Source of the DNA: Kofleriaceae bacterium
Lineage (GTDB): Bacteria > Myxococcota_A > Polyangia > Haliangiales > Haliangiaceae
Direction of reading: 5' to 3'
DNA length: 64,000 nucleotides
NCBI GenBank assembly: GCA_046597055.1
Contig: JBKJLC010000084.1
Location: 1 to 64,000 of the forward strand
Part shown: piece after piece, positions 22,185-30,562 of the stretch
How the letters are laid out: the number at the start of each line of letters is the position of its first letter
How positions within the stretch are numbered: the stretch's first letter is position 1
Program-made: the position numbers and the translations under genes
The notes under the pieces: model-generated
What the model saw: the letters and a program-made list of their open reading frames with translations, nothing else
Told to the model about the DNA's origin: nothing
Databases searched by the model: none

Positions 22185-23462
22185 ATGGTGATGCTCGCCG
22201 AGATGATGGTGTTGGGGGATCGGATTGCGGAGCAGGCGGCGCACCTGGACGCGGCCCTGTTTCGATTGCTGACCGATCTGCGGCAGTTCGATGCGGCCGG
22301 CGGCTGGTACCAGGCGGGCGCGCGCTCGTGCGCACACTGGCTGTCGTGGCGGGTCGGCTGGGATCTCGGGACGGCGCGGGAGCACGTGCGGGTGGCGCGG
22401 CGGCTGGGCGAGTTGCCCAACGTCGGGGCGGAGCTGGAGAAGGGCGCGCTGTCGTACTCGAAGGTCCGTGCGATCACGCGGGTGGCCACGCCGGCCACCG
22501 AAGACTGCCTGGTGCTCTTCGCGCGCAAGACGACCGCGGCACAGCTGGAGAAGATCTGCCGCCAGTACGGGACGGTGCGGCGGCTCGCCGAGAAGGGCGC
22601 GGAGGGCGATCGAGCCCGGCGTCACGTCGGCCGCCGCGATCTGTCGGACGGCATGGTCCGCATCGAAGCGGTCCTGCATCCCGACGAGGCCGCCGTGCTG
22701 TGGGCGGCGATCGAGCGCAGCGCCCGGGACGCTTCCGCGGAAACGTCGGGTACGACCGCCCGGTTCGATCGCGCGGATGGCCTGGTGGCGATGGGGCAAG
22801 CCGTCGTGCGGGGGGAGCGCCCCGAGCGGTCGCCGGTGGAGGTCATCATGACCGTGCCGCGGGAAGCGCTCGCGCTCGACGCGGCCCCGAGCGAGAACCC
22901 GGCCGACCAGCTCGGCTGTCTGACCGACGGTGGACACGTCTCGCCGGAAGGGGCGCGCCGGCTGTGCTGTGACGCCGGCGTGGTCGAGGTCGTCACCGAC
23001 GAGGCGGGGCAGCCCCTGTCGGTCGGTCGCAAGACCCGCACGATCCCGGCGCCGATCAAGCGCGCGCTCCTCCTCCGCGATCAGGGCTGCCGGTTCCCGG
23101 GCTGCACCGATCGCCGGTTCCTCGACGGCCACCACATCCAGCACTGGGCCGACGGGGGCGAGACCTCGCTCGATAACCTCGTGACCGCGTGCAGCCGTCA
23201 TCATCGGTTCGTTCACGAGCACGGCTACCGCGTCGAGCTGCGTGATGGCTTGCCGGTCTTCTTCAATCCGCATGGCGTCGAGGTCCACGCCACCCCGCCG
23301 CGTCCGTCCCTCGGACTGCTGTCCTGGGACTACCTCCGCGAGCTCAATCGCGACCAGGACATCACGGCGCAGACGGGCCAGTGCGAGTGGGACGGGCTCC
23401 CGGTCAACTATGGCTACGTCCTGCAAGACCTGCACTACTACGCCACGCACGACACGCCGTGA
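22185..23462 (+). CDS. DUF222 (13E12-repeat family) HNH endonuclease
   Basis: GARSCAHWLSWR, AREHVRVAR, LSYSKVRAITR, ARRLCCDA, RDQGCRFPGC, HHIQHWADGGETSLDNLVTACSRHHRFVH. Confidence 0.92.
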   Translation: MVMLAEMMVLGDRIAEQAAHLDAALFRLLTDLRQFDAAGGWYQAGARSCAHWLSWRVGWDLGTAREHVRVARRLGELPNVGAELEKGALSYSKVRAITRVATPATEDCLVLFARKTTAAQLEKICRQYGTVRRLAEKGAEGDRARRHVGRRDLSDGMVRIEAVLHPDEAAVLWAAIERSARDASAETSGTTARFDRADGLVAMGQAVVRGERPERSPVEVIMTVPREALALDAAPSENPADQLGCLTDGGHVSPEGARRLCCDAGVVEVVTDEAGQPLSVGRKTRTIPAPIKRALLLRDQGCRFPGCTDRRFLDGHHIQHWADGGETSLDNLVTACSRHHRFVHEHGYRVELRDGLPVFFNPHGVEVHATPPRPSLGLLSWDYLRELNRDQDITAQTGQCEWDGLPVNYGYVLQDLHYYATHDTP

Positions 23463-23480
23463 TCGTCGGCCGTCGGTCCG

Positions 23481-23524
23481 TCGGTCGGTCGGTCGGTCGG
23501 TCGGTCGGTCGGTCGGTCGGTCGG
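23481..23524 (+). repeat. (TCGG)11 microsatellite
   Basis: Eleven perfect TCGG units with degenerate units on both sides, starting 18 nt after the HNH stop. Confidence 0.95.
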
Positions 23525-23643
23525 TCGTGGTCGTCGGACGTCGGTCGCAGCTCCCGGTCGCCGGCGTGGCGGGCCGCGCAAGAGCGCGCTGGTGGTTGGC
23601 CGCTCTGGTTCGATCCAGCACGGCTCTGGTGCTGGTTCGGAAA

Positions 23644-23856
23644 GTTTTTGAAGATCAGGGGTAGTCGCGGCCTGTGGGCTCTGTGGATTGGCGCGCCCAT
23701 CACGCTGCTGCCCACCGCCGGCGCCCCGAAGGCGCGGCAATCCAAGCCGCGGTGGGCAGGCGCGCCCCATCACGCTTCCGCGGAAACCTCCCTCGCCTCG
23801 AAGGCGCGGCTGTCCACGGCGGCGTCAGAGTCCACAGGCCCTGCCGCGACGAGCCC
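23644..23856 (+). repeat. right copy of the ~213-bp structured inverted repeat (candidate ncRNA or ssDNA structure)
   Basis: Stems GGCCTGTGGGCTCTG/CAGAGTCCACAGGCC, GGATTGGCGCGCC/GGCGCGGCAATCC and AGCCGCG/CGCGGCT; compensatory changes relative to the left copy. Confidence 0.92.
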
Positions 23857-23932
23857 TTCGACGTTCACCGCCCGCCTCACACGGGCTGTGAGGGCCAGGC
23901 CGCGTCACGCGGGCCGCGCGGCGCACGCCGCG

Positions 23933-23948
23933 TGGCACAGGCTGTGCT
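23933..23948 (+). promoter_or_regulatory. putative sigma54 -24/-12 promoter
   Basis: TGGCAC-AGGCT-GTGCT, 13 nt before ATG 23961. Confidence 0.5.
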
Positions 23949-23960
23949 TCGACTGGCATC

Positions 23961-24512
23961 ATGCCGCCCATGCACCGCCCGTCGCCCTCGCTGTTGCCGC
24001 TTCTGCTGGTGCTCCTGCCGCTCCTTGCCTGTGACCCCGAGCTTCACCGCATGGCCGTCGCCGCCGAGCGGGTCCCGTGCACCGGCGTGGGCAACCAGAT
24101 GTGTCTACTCGTCACCGATCTCGACCAGGCCGCCGCCACGCCGACGCTCTTCTACGACGGCATCGCGGGCTACCAGCATCAGTGGGGCCGCGCGGTCGAG
24201 ATCGACTATACGCTCGAGTCGATCGACGACCCGCCGGCGGATGGCTCGAGCCAGCGCCGGACGGCCGAGCGCGTCGAGGTGGTCAGCACCGCGGCCGCGG
24301 GTGCCACGTTCACCACGCGCTTTCCGGTCTCGTCCCAGCCCTGGTTCGAGCTCGGCGCGACGGGCGTGGTGCTGATCGATGGCACGCCGGTGGTCAGTCC
24401 CGACGAGCTGCGCGCGCGGGTAGTCGGCCCGCTCGAGCAGGCGCTCGAGGTCGTGATGGCGTACGACGGCGCCGGTGGCCTGGCGCTCCGGTCCGCCACG
24501 AGCGTGCCCTGA
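23961..24512 (+). CDS. DUF4377-like lipoprotein
   Basis: Lipobox LLAC; VPCTGVGNQMCLLV, FYDGIAGY, PPADGSS. Confidence 0.78.
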   Translation: MPPMHRPSPSLLPLLLVLLPLLACDPELHRMAVAAERVPCTGVGNQMCLLVTDLDQAAATPTLFYDGIAGYQHQWGRAVEIDYTLESIDDPPADGSSQRRTAERVEVVSTAAAGATFTTRFPVSSQPWFELGATGVVLIDGTPVVSPDELRARVVGPLEQALEVVMAYDGAGGLALRSATSVP

Positions 24513-24534
24513 CCGAGCACCGTCGCGCGGGCGG

Positions 24535-25905
24535 CTACCGCCGCATCAGGTCGAGGATGAAGCGCTTCACGTCGGTGGCGGCGAACCGGTCGCGGCGCTG
24601 TGAGCCCTCGCTGCAGAGGAGGACCGGGCCCTCGCCGTCGCGCGCGGGCAGCCGGCCGTGTGAGCCCCTGACCCCGCTGGCCTCGATCGGGATCACGTCC
24701 ATCGTGTAGCGGAGGCCGATCGCCTTCTGGGCCAGCCGGAGCGCGGCGCGCACCTTGGCGGTGGGGCCGTCGAACAGCAGCTCGGCCGGATCGTAGCCGG
24801 GCTTGCGGTGGATCTCGACGGTCGGCGCGAAGTCGGGGGCGCGGGCGTCGTCGAGCCAGTAGTAGTAGGTGAACCAGGCCTCGGGATCGGCGACCAGCAC
24901 CAGATCGCCGGCGCGTGGGTGGTCGAGGCCGGCGGCGCGCTTGCCATCGTCTCCCAGAACCTCGGCGACCCCGGGCAGGCCGGTGAGCGCCTCGCGGGCG
25001 CGCGGCAACACCGAGGGATCCGACACGTAGACATGGGCGATCTGGTGATCGGCGACCGCGAAGGCCTTCGACGCGAAGGTGTCGAGCAGCTCGCCGGCCG
25101 GGTTGGTCACGACCTCGAGCAGGCCGGCCTCGCGCAGGCGGCGGTTGACGTGAACCGGGCGATGGACGTCGGTGAGGCCGTACTCCGAGAGGACGACGAC
25201 CTTGGCGCCGGCGGCGCGCACGTGATCGATGAGCGCGCCGGCGACCTGATCGATCGCGGCGGCGGCGGCCTGGGCCTCGAGCCCGCGCGAGCCGAACCGC
25301 TGCAGGTCGTAGTCGAGGTGCGGCAGGTAGACCAGGGTCAGGCTGGGCTGGTGCTGGTCGAAGACGAAGCGGGCGGCCTCGGCGATCCAGCGCGAGCTCG
25401 GCAGGCCGGCCCGCGGCCCCCAGAAGTCGAACAGCGGGAACTCGCCGAGGCGGGTCGCCAGGCGCTCGCCGAGCGAGGCCGGCTGGGTGTAGACGCCCGG
25501 CGACTTGCGTCCGTCGGCGTGGTAGACGGGCCGCGGCGTGACCAGCCAGTCGGTCGACGCGCCCATCGCGTACCACCAGAACAGGTTGGCCACCGTGACG
25601 TCGCTGCCCAGCTCGCGGCGGGCCGCGGTCCACAGCTTGTCGCCGCCGACCAGGCGGTTCGACTGTCGCCACAGCCAGATCTCCGACTGGTCGCGGAAGA
25701 ACCAGCCGTTGCCGACGATGCCGTGCTCGCGCGGCATCGCGCCGGTGAGCAGGGTCGACTGGGCCGAGCAGGTCACCGCCGGCAACACGGTGCCGAGTGG
25801 CGCGCAGAAGCCGGCCGCACCGAGCGCCGACAGGCGGGGCATGTGGAGCAGGAGATCGGGGGTCAGCCCGACCACGTCGATCACGACGACCTGGTTGACA
25901 GTCAT
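24535..25905 (-). CDS. eboF: alkaline phosphatase/nucleotide pyrophosphatase family, EboF-like
   Basis: VIDVVGL, PAVTCSAQ, HGIVGNGW, NLFWWY, YLPHLDY, VADHQIAH, HRKPGYDP, GSHGR. Confidence 0.88.
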   Translation of the reverse strand: MTVNQVVVIDVVGLTPDLLLHMPRLSALGAAGFCAPLGTVLPAVTCSAQSTLLTGAMPREHGIVGNGWFFRDQSEIWLWRQSNRLVGGDKLWTAARRELGSDVTVANLFWWYAMGASTDWLVTPRPVYHADGRKSPGVYTQPASLGERLATRLGEFPLFDFWGPRAGLPSSRWIAEAARFVFDQHQPSLTLVYLPHLDYDLQRFGSRGLEAQAAAAAIDQVAGALIDHVRAAGAKVVVLSEYGLTDVHRPVHVNRRLREAGLLEVVTNPAGELLDTFASKAFAVADHQIAHVYVSDPSVLPRAREALTGLPGVAEVLGDDGKRAAGLDHPRAGDLVLVADPEAWFTYYYWLDDARAPDFAPTVEIHRKPGYDPAELLFDGPTAKVRAALRLAQKAIGLRYTMDVIPIEASGVRGSHGRLPARDGEGPVLLCSEGSQRRDRFAATDVKRFILDLMRR

Positions 25906-27032
25906 GGCGTGGCTCCGAGGGTGGCGAGCTGCGCGAGGGTCCAGGCCAGCTCGCGGGTGATGCCGTCGACCAGGCCGGCGTCGTCGTGCGGGCGTCGACC
26001 GTCGGGCAGCACGCTCCAGGTGTAGGTCTCGACCTCGAGGTGGGGCAGGTCGGCGGTCGACGAGGCCAGCGCGGCGGCCAGCACCGGAGCGATCGCGCCC
26101 TGGGTGGTGGTGAACGCGCCGAGGTCCGGCTCGTGGACGGGGACGTGGAAGTGGACCCGCCACGGCGCGCTGCGATCGAGGGTGGCCAGGGCGTCGGGCA
26201 GATCCATGGTGCCGCCGCCCGTGGTCCGCACCTGGTGCAGGAAGCGAGGCTCGTCGAAGTCGGCCAGCGCGGCGCGCTGGGACGCGAGGTCGGGGCGCGG
26301 CACCACCAGCGCGCTCGAGATCTGGATCTTGGCGCAGCGCACGCCGGCGGCGCCGAGCGCATCGAACGCCATGGTCGGGTCCTCGCCGACCACCGCGGCG
26401 TGGCAACAGTCGAGGCACACGCCGAGCAGGTCGCCGCCGGCGTCGCCGAGGAACCGGGCCAGCTGGTCGGCGCGCTCGAAGCCGGCGCCGGGCTCGGGCT
26501 CGACCGCGAGCTCGATCCGCCGGCCGGTGCGGAGGGTGATCGCGCCGAGGGCGTCGGCGGCGATGCGCAGGCCGTCACGCGCGCGCGCGTGATCGACGGT
26601 GGCGGGTCCGAGCGGCACGGTCGAGATCGAGCCGATCGCGACGTCGTCGGGCAGGAGCTCGGCGAGGATCGCGGCGAGGTCGACGGTGTACGCGACCCGG
26701 GCCGGGTCGGCCCAGGTCGGCTCGAACACGCGCTCCTTGACCCGCGGCGCGTGGAAGCCGCCGTAGGGAAAGCCGTTCAGGGTGAAGACGTAGAGGCCCT
26801 CGCCGTCGAGCGCCGCGCGCAGGGCGGTCCGCGCCGCGGGATGGCGCAGCTCGGCCGCGGCCGGCTGTGCGATCCACAGACCGACGCCCATGCGGGTGAC
26901 GCCGAGGCGGGCGCGCACCGGCCCGCAGATGCGCCGGAGCTGGTCGATCAGGGCGGCGACGGTCTCGCCGGGCAGGACGTTGTAGCAGTAGCCGAGCTGG
27001 AGTGTCCGGCCGTCGGACAGACGCAGGCGCAT
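25902..27032 (-). CDS. eboE: EboE metabolite traffic protein (TIM barrel)
   Basis: YCYNVLPGE, FTLNGFPYGGFH, VKERVFEPTW, EPEPG, DCCH, EPRFLHQ, WRVHFHVP, HLEVETYTW. Confidence 0.9.
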   Translation of the reverse strand: MRLRLSDGRTLQLGYCYNVLPGETVAALIDQLRRICGPVRARLGVTRMGVGLWIAQPAAAELRHPAARTALRAALDGEGLYVFTLNGFPYGGFHAPRVKERVFEPTWADPARVAYTVDLAAILAELLPDDVAIGSISTVPLGPATVDHARARDGLRIAADALGAITLRTGRRIELAVEPEPGAGFERADQLARFLGDAGGDLLGVCLDCCHAAVVGEDPTMAFDALGAAGVRCAKIQISSALVVPRPDLASQRAALADFDEPRFLHQVRTTGGGTMDLPDALATLDRSAPWRVHFHVPVHEPDLGAFTTTQGAIAPVLAAALASSTADLPHLEVETYTWSVLPDGRRPHDDAGLVDGITRELAWTLAQLATLGATP

Positions 27033-27041
27033 GGGCGCGGG

Positions 27042-27911
27042 TCAGCCGCCCTGGCCACGGAGGATGCTGTTGCCCTGGAACAGCTCGCCGTCGAGGACCG
27101 GCCGGGCGTCGAGGTCGGACGCGGCCAGCCGACCCGACTGGGCGAAGAACGCGATCGGGTTGTCCCAGACCACCTGGTCGACCTGGTGCGCCGGGAACCC
27201 GCCGCGCTTCATGCCGGCGGCGGTGCGCGCGACCTTGAGCGGGTCGCTCTTGCCCCAGTCGCACGCGCTGTTGAGGATCATGCGGCCGGTGCCCCACTTC
27301 TGGAGGATCGAGACCATCCGGCCCTCGTCCATCTTGGTCTCGGGGTAGATCGAGAAGCCCATCCAGCAGCCGGTGTCGGCGCACAGCCCGACCGTCTCCT
27401 CGTTGTTGTGGTCGACGAGGGCGCGCTCCATCGGGAACCCGACGTCGCGCAGGACCGCGAGCGTGCGCTCGACGCCCTTCTTCTTGTCGCGATGCGGGGT
27501 GTGGATCAGCGCGGGCAACCCGTGGGTGCGCGCCAGCTCGAGCTGCTGCGCGAAGTACGTCTCCTCGCGATCGGTCATGTCGTCGAAGCCGATCTCGCCG
27601 ACCGCGAGCACGCCGTCCTTCGCGAGGTAGCGCGGCATCGCCTCGATCACCCCGGCGTTGACCCGATCGTCGTTGGCCTCCTTGGGGTTGAGCGCGATCG
27701 CGCAGAAGTGATGGATGCCGAACTGGGCAGCGCGGTAGCGCTCCCAGCCGAGCAGGGCGTCGAAGTAGTCGAGGAAGGTCCCGACGTGCGTGCGCGGCTG
27801 GCCGAGCCAGAACGCGGGTTCGAGGATGGCCTCGACCCCGGCGAGCGCCATGTTCTCGTAGTCGTCCGTGATCCGGGAGTACATGTGGGCGTGCGGCTCG
27901 AAGATACGCAT
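27042..27911 (-). CDS. eboB: TatD family hydrolase, EboB-like
   Basis: PHAHMYSRITDDY, EPAFWLGQPRT, LNPKEAN, GEIG, IHTPHRDK, DHNNE, NSACDWG. Confidence 0.9.
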   Translation of the reverse strand: MRIFEPHAHMYSRITDDYENMALAGVEAILEPAFWLGQPRTHVGTFLDYFDALLGWERYRAAQFGIHHFCAIALNPKEANDDRVNAGVIEAMPRYLAKDGVLAVGEIGFDDMTDREETYFAQQLELARTHGLPALIHTPHRDKKKGVERTLAVLRDVGFPMERALVDHNNEETVGLCADTGCWMGFSIYPETKMDEGRMVSILQKWGTGRMILNSACDWGKSDPLKVARTAAGMKRGGFPAHQVDQVVWDNPIAFFAQSGRLAASDLDARPVLDGELFQGNSILRGQGG

Positions 27912-27928
27912 CGGGGCTCCCAGGATAG

Positions 27929-28795
27929 CTACTCGACGAGGGCGTGACGCAAGGCGGCGGCGACAGCAAGCGACGGCTCGCGCGCGGCGCGATCGATCAG
28001 GAACGGTCGCACCCGTGGATCGCTGGTGACCAGCAGTCCGAGCGCGGCGGCCGCGGCGGCCCGCTGCTCGTCGCTCGGATGCTCGAGGTACCCGAGCAGC
28101 TTGGCGGCCAGGCCCGGCGGCGGGAACCGGGCCGCGACCGCCCACAGCGCGGTCGGCACCACCCGACCGGCGGCCTCGCGCTCGAGGGCGAAGTCGACCA
28201 GGCTCTGCGCGAGCTCGGCATCGACCCGCTCGGCGAGGCCGGCGATCCGCGCCATCGCCATGCCGCCGAACACGACCTTGAGGACCGCCTTGCGCCACTC
28301 GTGCTGGGGCAGGTGTCGCGACGCGTACGGGTTGTCGAGCAGCGCGGCCTCGAAGATCTCGCCCTGGCTGATCCGCATCGCATCGAGGATGATCGCGAGC
28401 CCGGTGGCGTCGTGGTCGGCGCCTGGCAGCAGCGACAGCGCGCGCAGGGCGCCGGTGCGCTCCCGGGCATCGCCGTGCCGGTACAGCTCGCAGGCGCGCG
28501 CGAGCGCGTTGGCCGGAGCGCGCCGGGCCGCGGCCAGCAGCAGCCGCACCCGCGCGGCGTCGTCGACGCGCCACGCCGCCAGCGGGATCCGCGCGCCGTC
28601 GGCGGTGACCAGCTCGGCGCCGGGCGCGTCGAGCCCGCCGCGCCCGACCTGACGACCGACCGCCGGAAACGCGACCGCGAGGTCGAGGGCCCCGCTGGCG
28701 ACCCCGGCCGCGGTGTCCTCCAGCCAGACCTGCCCCTCGGGCCGGGCGCGCGTGCGGAGCAGGTCGGCGAGAACGCGGTCCGGAGCCTCAGCCAT
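27929..28795 (-). CDS. eboA: EboA domain protein with C-terminal HEAT-like repeat
   Basis: WRVDDAARVRLL, GDARERTGALRAL, NPYASRHL..WRKAVLK, EREAAGR. Confidence 0.85.
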   Translation of the reverse strand: MAEAPDRVLADLLRTRARPEGQVWLEDTAAGVASGALDLAVAFPAVGRQVGRGGLDAPGAELVTADGARIPLAAWRVDDAARVRLLLAAARRAPANALARACELYRHGDARERTGALRALSLLPGADHDATGLAIILDAMRISQGEIFEAALLDNPYASRHLPQHEWRKAVLKVVFGGMAMARIAGLAERVDAELAQSLVDFALEREAAGRVVPTALWAVAARFPPPGLAAKLLGYLEHPSDEQRAAAAAALGLLVTSDPRVRPFLIDRAAREPSLAVAAALRHALVE

Positions 28796-28971
28796 CCCAG
28801 CCGGGTACCGCGGGGGCGGACCCCCGTCAAGGTCGGCTACCGCGCGTGTCCCCGCGCCGCGGGCTCGTGGATCCTGCCAACCTGCGCGCATCCAAGCTGC
28901 TGCTGATCTGACCCGAGGTCAGCGGCCGGGCGGCCACCGGTCGCGGCGGGGTGGGTCTGGTACGCTGCCGC

Positions 28972-29685
28972 ATGGACACCGGGGTCGACGTGCTCGAGGT
29001 CGAGTTGCAGCGCGCCCTCGCCGCCGCACCGGAGCGGCTCGATCTGGTCGCGCTGGCGATCGCTCGCCTGGACGACGCGCGCGTCGATGACGAGCAGGTG
29101 CTCGGCCAGCTGGATCGCTGGGGCGCCGCGGTGCGCGCCGCGGTCCGGGCGCCGCGGCCGAGCGGGCTCGAGGCGCTGGCGGTCGTGCTCGGCGGGGAGA
29201 ACGGCCTGCGGGGTGACGACGCCGAGTACGACGAGCCCGCGAACAGCTTCCTGCCGCGCGTGCTCGAGCGCCGGCGCGGGCTGCCCATCGCGCTGTCGGT
29301 CGTCTACCTCGAGGTGGCGCGCCGCGCCGGCATTCCGCTGTTCGGCCTGGCCTTGCCCGGGCACTTCGTGGTCGCCCAGGAGGCCGACCCCGGCGCGCTC
29401 GTCGTGCTCGATCCGTTCGCCGGTGGCCAGGTGATGAGCCACGGCGAGCTGCAGACGACCCTCGCCCGGGTCGGTGCCTCGCTGCGGCCGGCCATGCTCG
29501 AGCCCGCGTCCGCGCACACGATCGCCTGCCGCATGCTGCGCAACCTGGTCGGCAGCTACCAGCGCCGGGCGCGCTGGGACATGGTGCGAGCCGCCGCGGC
29601 GCTCCTGCGCGCGATCGAGCCCGGCGACCCCACCGCGCGCCACGCGATGGACGATGCGGCGCCGTCCGACGACGACCTCAACTGA
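28972..29685 (+). CDS. SirB1/YchA transglutaminase-like protein
   Basis: YDEPANSFLPRVLERRRGLPIALSVVY, LPGHFVV, DPF.GG, RMLRNL. Confidence 0.88.
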   Translation: MDTGVDVLEVELQRALAAAPERLDLVALAIARLDDARVDDEQVLGQLDRWGAAVRAAVRAPRPSGLEALAVVLGGENGLRGDDAEYDEPANSFLPRVLERRRGLPIALSVVYLEVARRAGIPLFGLALPGHFVVAQEADPGALVVLDPFAGGQVMSHGELQTTLARVGASLRPAMLEPASAHTIACRMLRNLVGSYQRRARWDMVRAAAALLRAIEPGDPTARHAMDDAAPSDDDLN

Positions 29686-29693
29686 GAGACCCC

Positions 29694-30494
29694 ATGGTCA
29701 TCCCCGACTTCGTGCCCGGCATCACGGCGCCGTCCACCACGGGCCGTCAGTTCATCGTGCGCGACCACCGGCTGCTGGTGGTCCGCCACGATCAGCGGCC
29801 GACGCTGCCGGTCGGCCCGGTCGACGATCGCTGGCTCTACCTCGGACAGCACGGCGAGACGGCCTGCTTCGCGCTCGGCCTGGCCGCCGACGAGCCGCTG
29901 CCAGGCGACGGTGAGCTGGTCGCCCTGCGGGGCCTGTTCGGGGCCTTGCCCGACCACGACTTCGCGATCGCTGCCCGGGCGCTCGGGCTGACGACCTGGG
30001 ACGCCGACCACCGCTTCTGCGGGCGGTGCGGAGGCCCGACCGCGCGGTCGACCCTCGAGCGCGCGCGGGTGTGCGCCCGGTGCACGCTCAGCCACTTTCC
30101 CCGGGTGTCGCCGGCGGTGATCGCGCTGGTCGAGCGGGACGGCCACGCGCTGCTCGCGCGCAACGCGCGGTTCCCCCACGCCTTCCACAGCTGCCTGGCC
30201 GGGTTCGTCGAGGTCGGCGAGACGCTCGAGGCGACCGTCGCGCGCGAGGTCCACGAGGAGGTCGGCATCCAGGTCGCGGACATCCGCTACGCCGGCAGCC
30301 AGCCGTGGCCGTTCACCAGCTCGCTGATGATCGGCTTCACCGCCCAGTACGCCGGGGGCGAGCTCACCCCCGACGGCGACGAGATCGTCGAGGCCGGCTG
30401 GTTCGCGCCCGATGCGCTGCCGCCGCTGCCAGGCGCCATCAGCATCGCGCGCCAGCTGATCGACGGGTTCGTCGCCCGCCACCGCCGGACCTGA
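29694..30494 (+). CDS. nudC: NAD(+) diphosphatase
   Basis: FCGRCG..CARC zinc site, Nudix box AGFVEVGETLE..REVHEEVG, SQPWPF. Confidence 0.93.
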   Translation: MVIPDFVPGITAPSTTGRQFIVRDHRLLVVRHDQRPTLPVGPVDDRWLYLGQHGETACFALGLAADEPLPGDGELVALRGLFGALPDHDFAIAARALGLTTWDADHRFCGRCGGPTARSTLERARVCARCTLSHFPRVSPAVIALVERDGHALLARNARFPHAFHSCLAGFVEVGETLEATVAREVHEEVGIQVADIRYAGSQPWPFTSSLMIGFTAQYAGGELTPDGDEIVEAGWFAPDALPPLPGAISIARQLIDGFVARHRRT

Positions 30495-30562
30495 TCGGCG
30501 GCCAGCGGTGCCCGGCGCCGAGTCAGCCGGCTGCGACCCGGACCCGTGCAGTAGACTGCGGC

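Larger units (their letters stand above)
21866..23856. mobile_element. candidate HNH-DUF222 element bounded by long structured inverted repeats
   Basis: Single HNH gene between ~213-bp inverted repeats inside an ebo-type cluster; no transposase and no evident target-site duplication. Confidence 0.5.

Noticed and set aside
21866..23856. CRISPR array or classical IS
   Set aside because: No regularly spaced direct repeats with unique spacers, no cas or transposase gene, no clear TSD.
22182..24034. ORFs containing TDRP/VGRS repeats
   Set aside because: Translations of the TCGG microsatellite.
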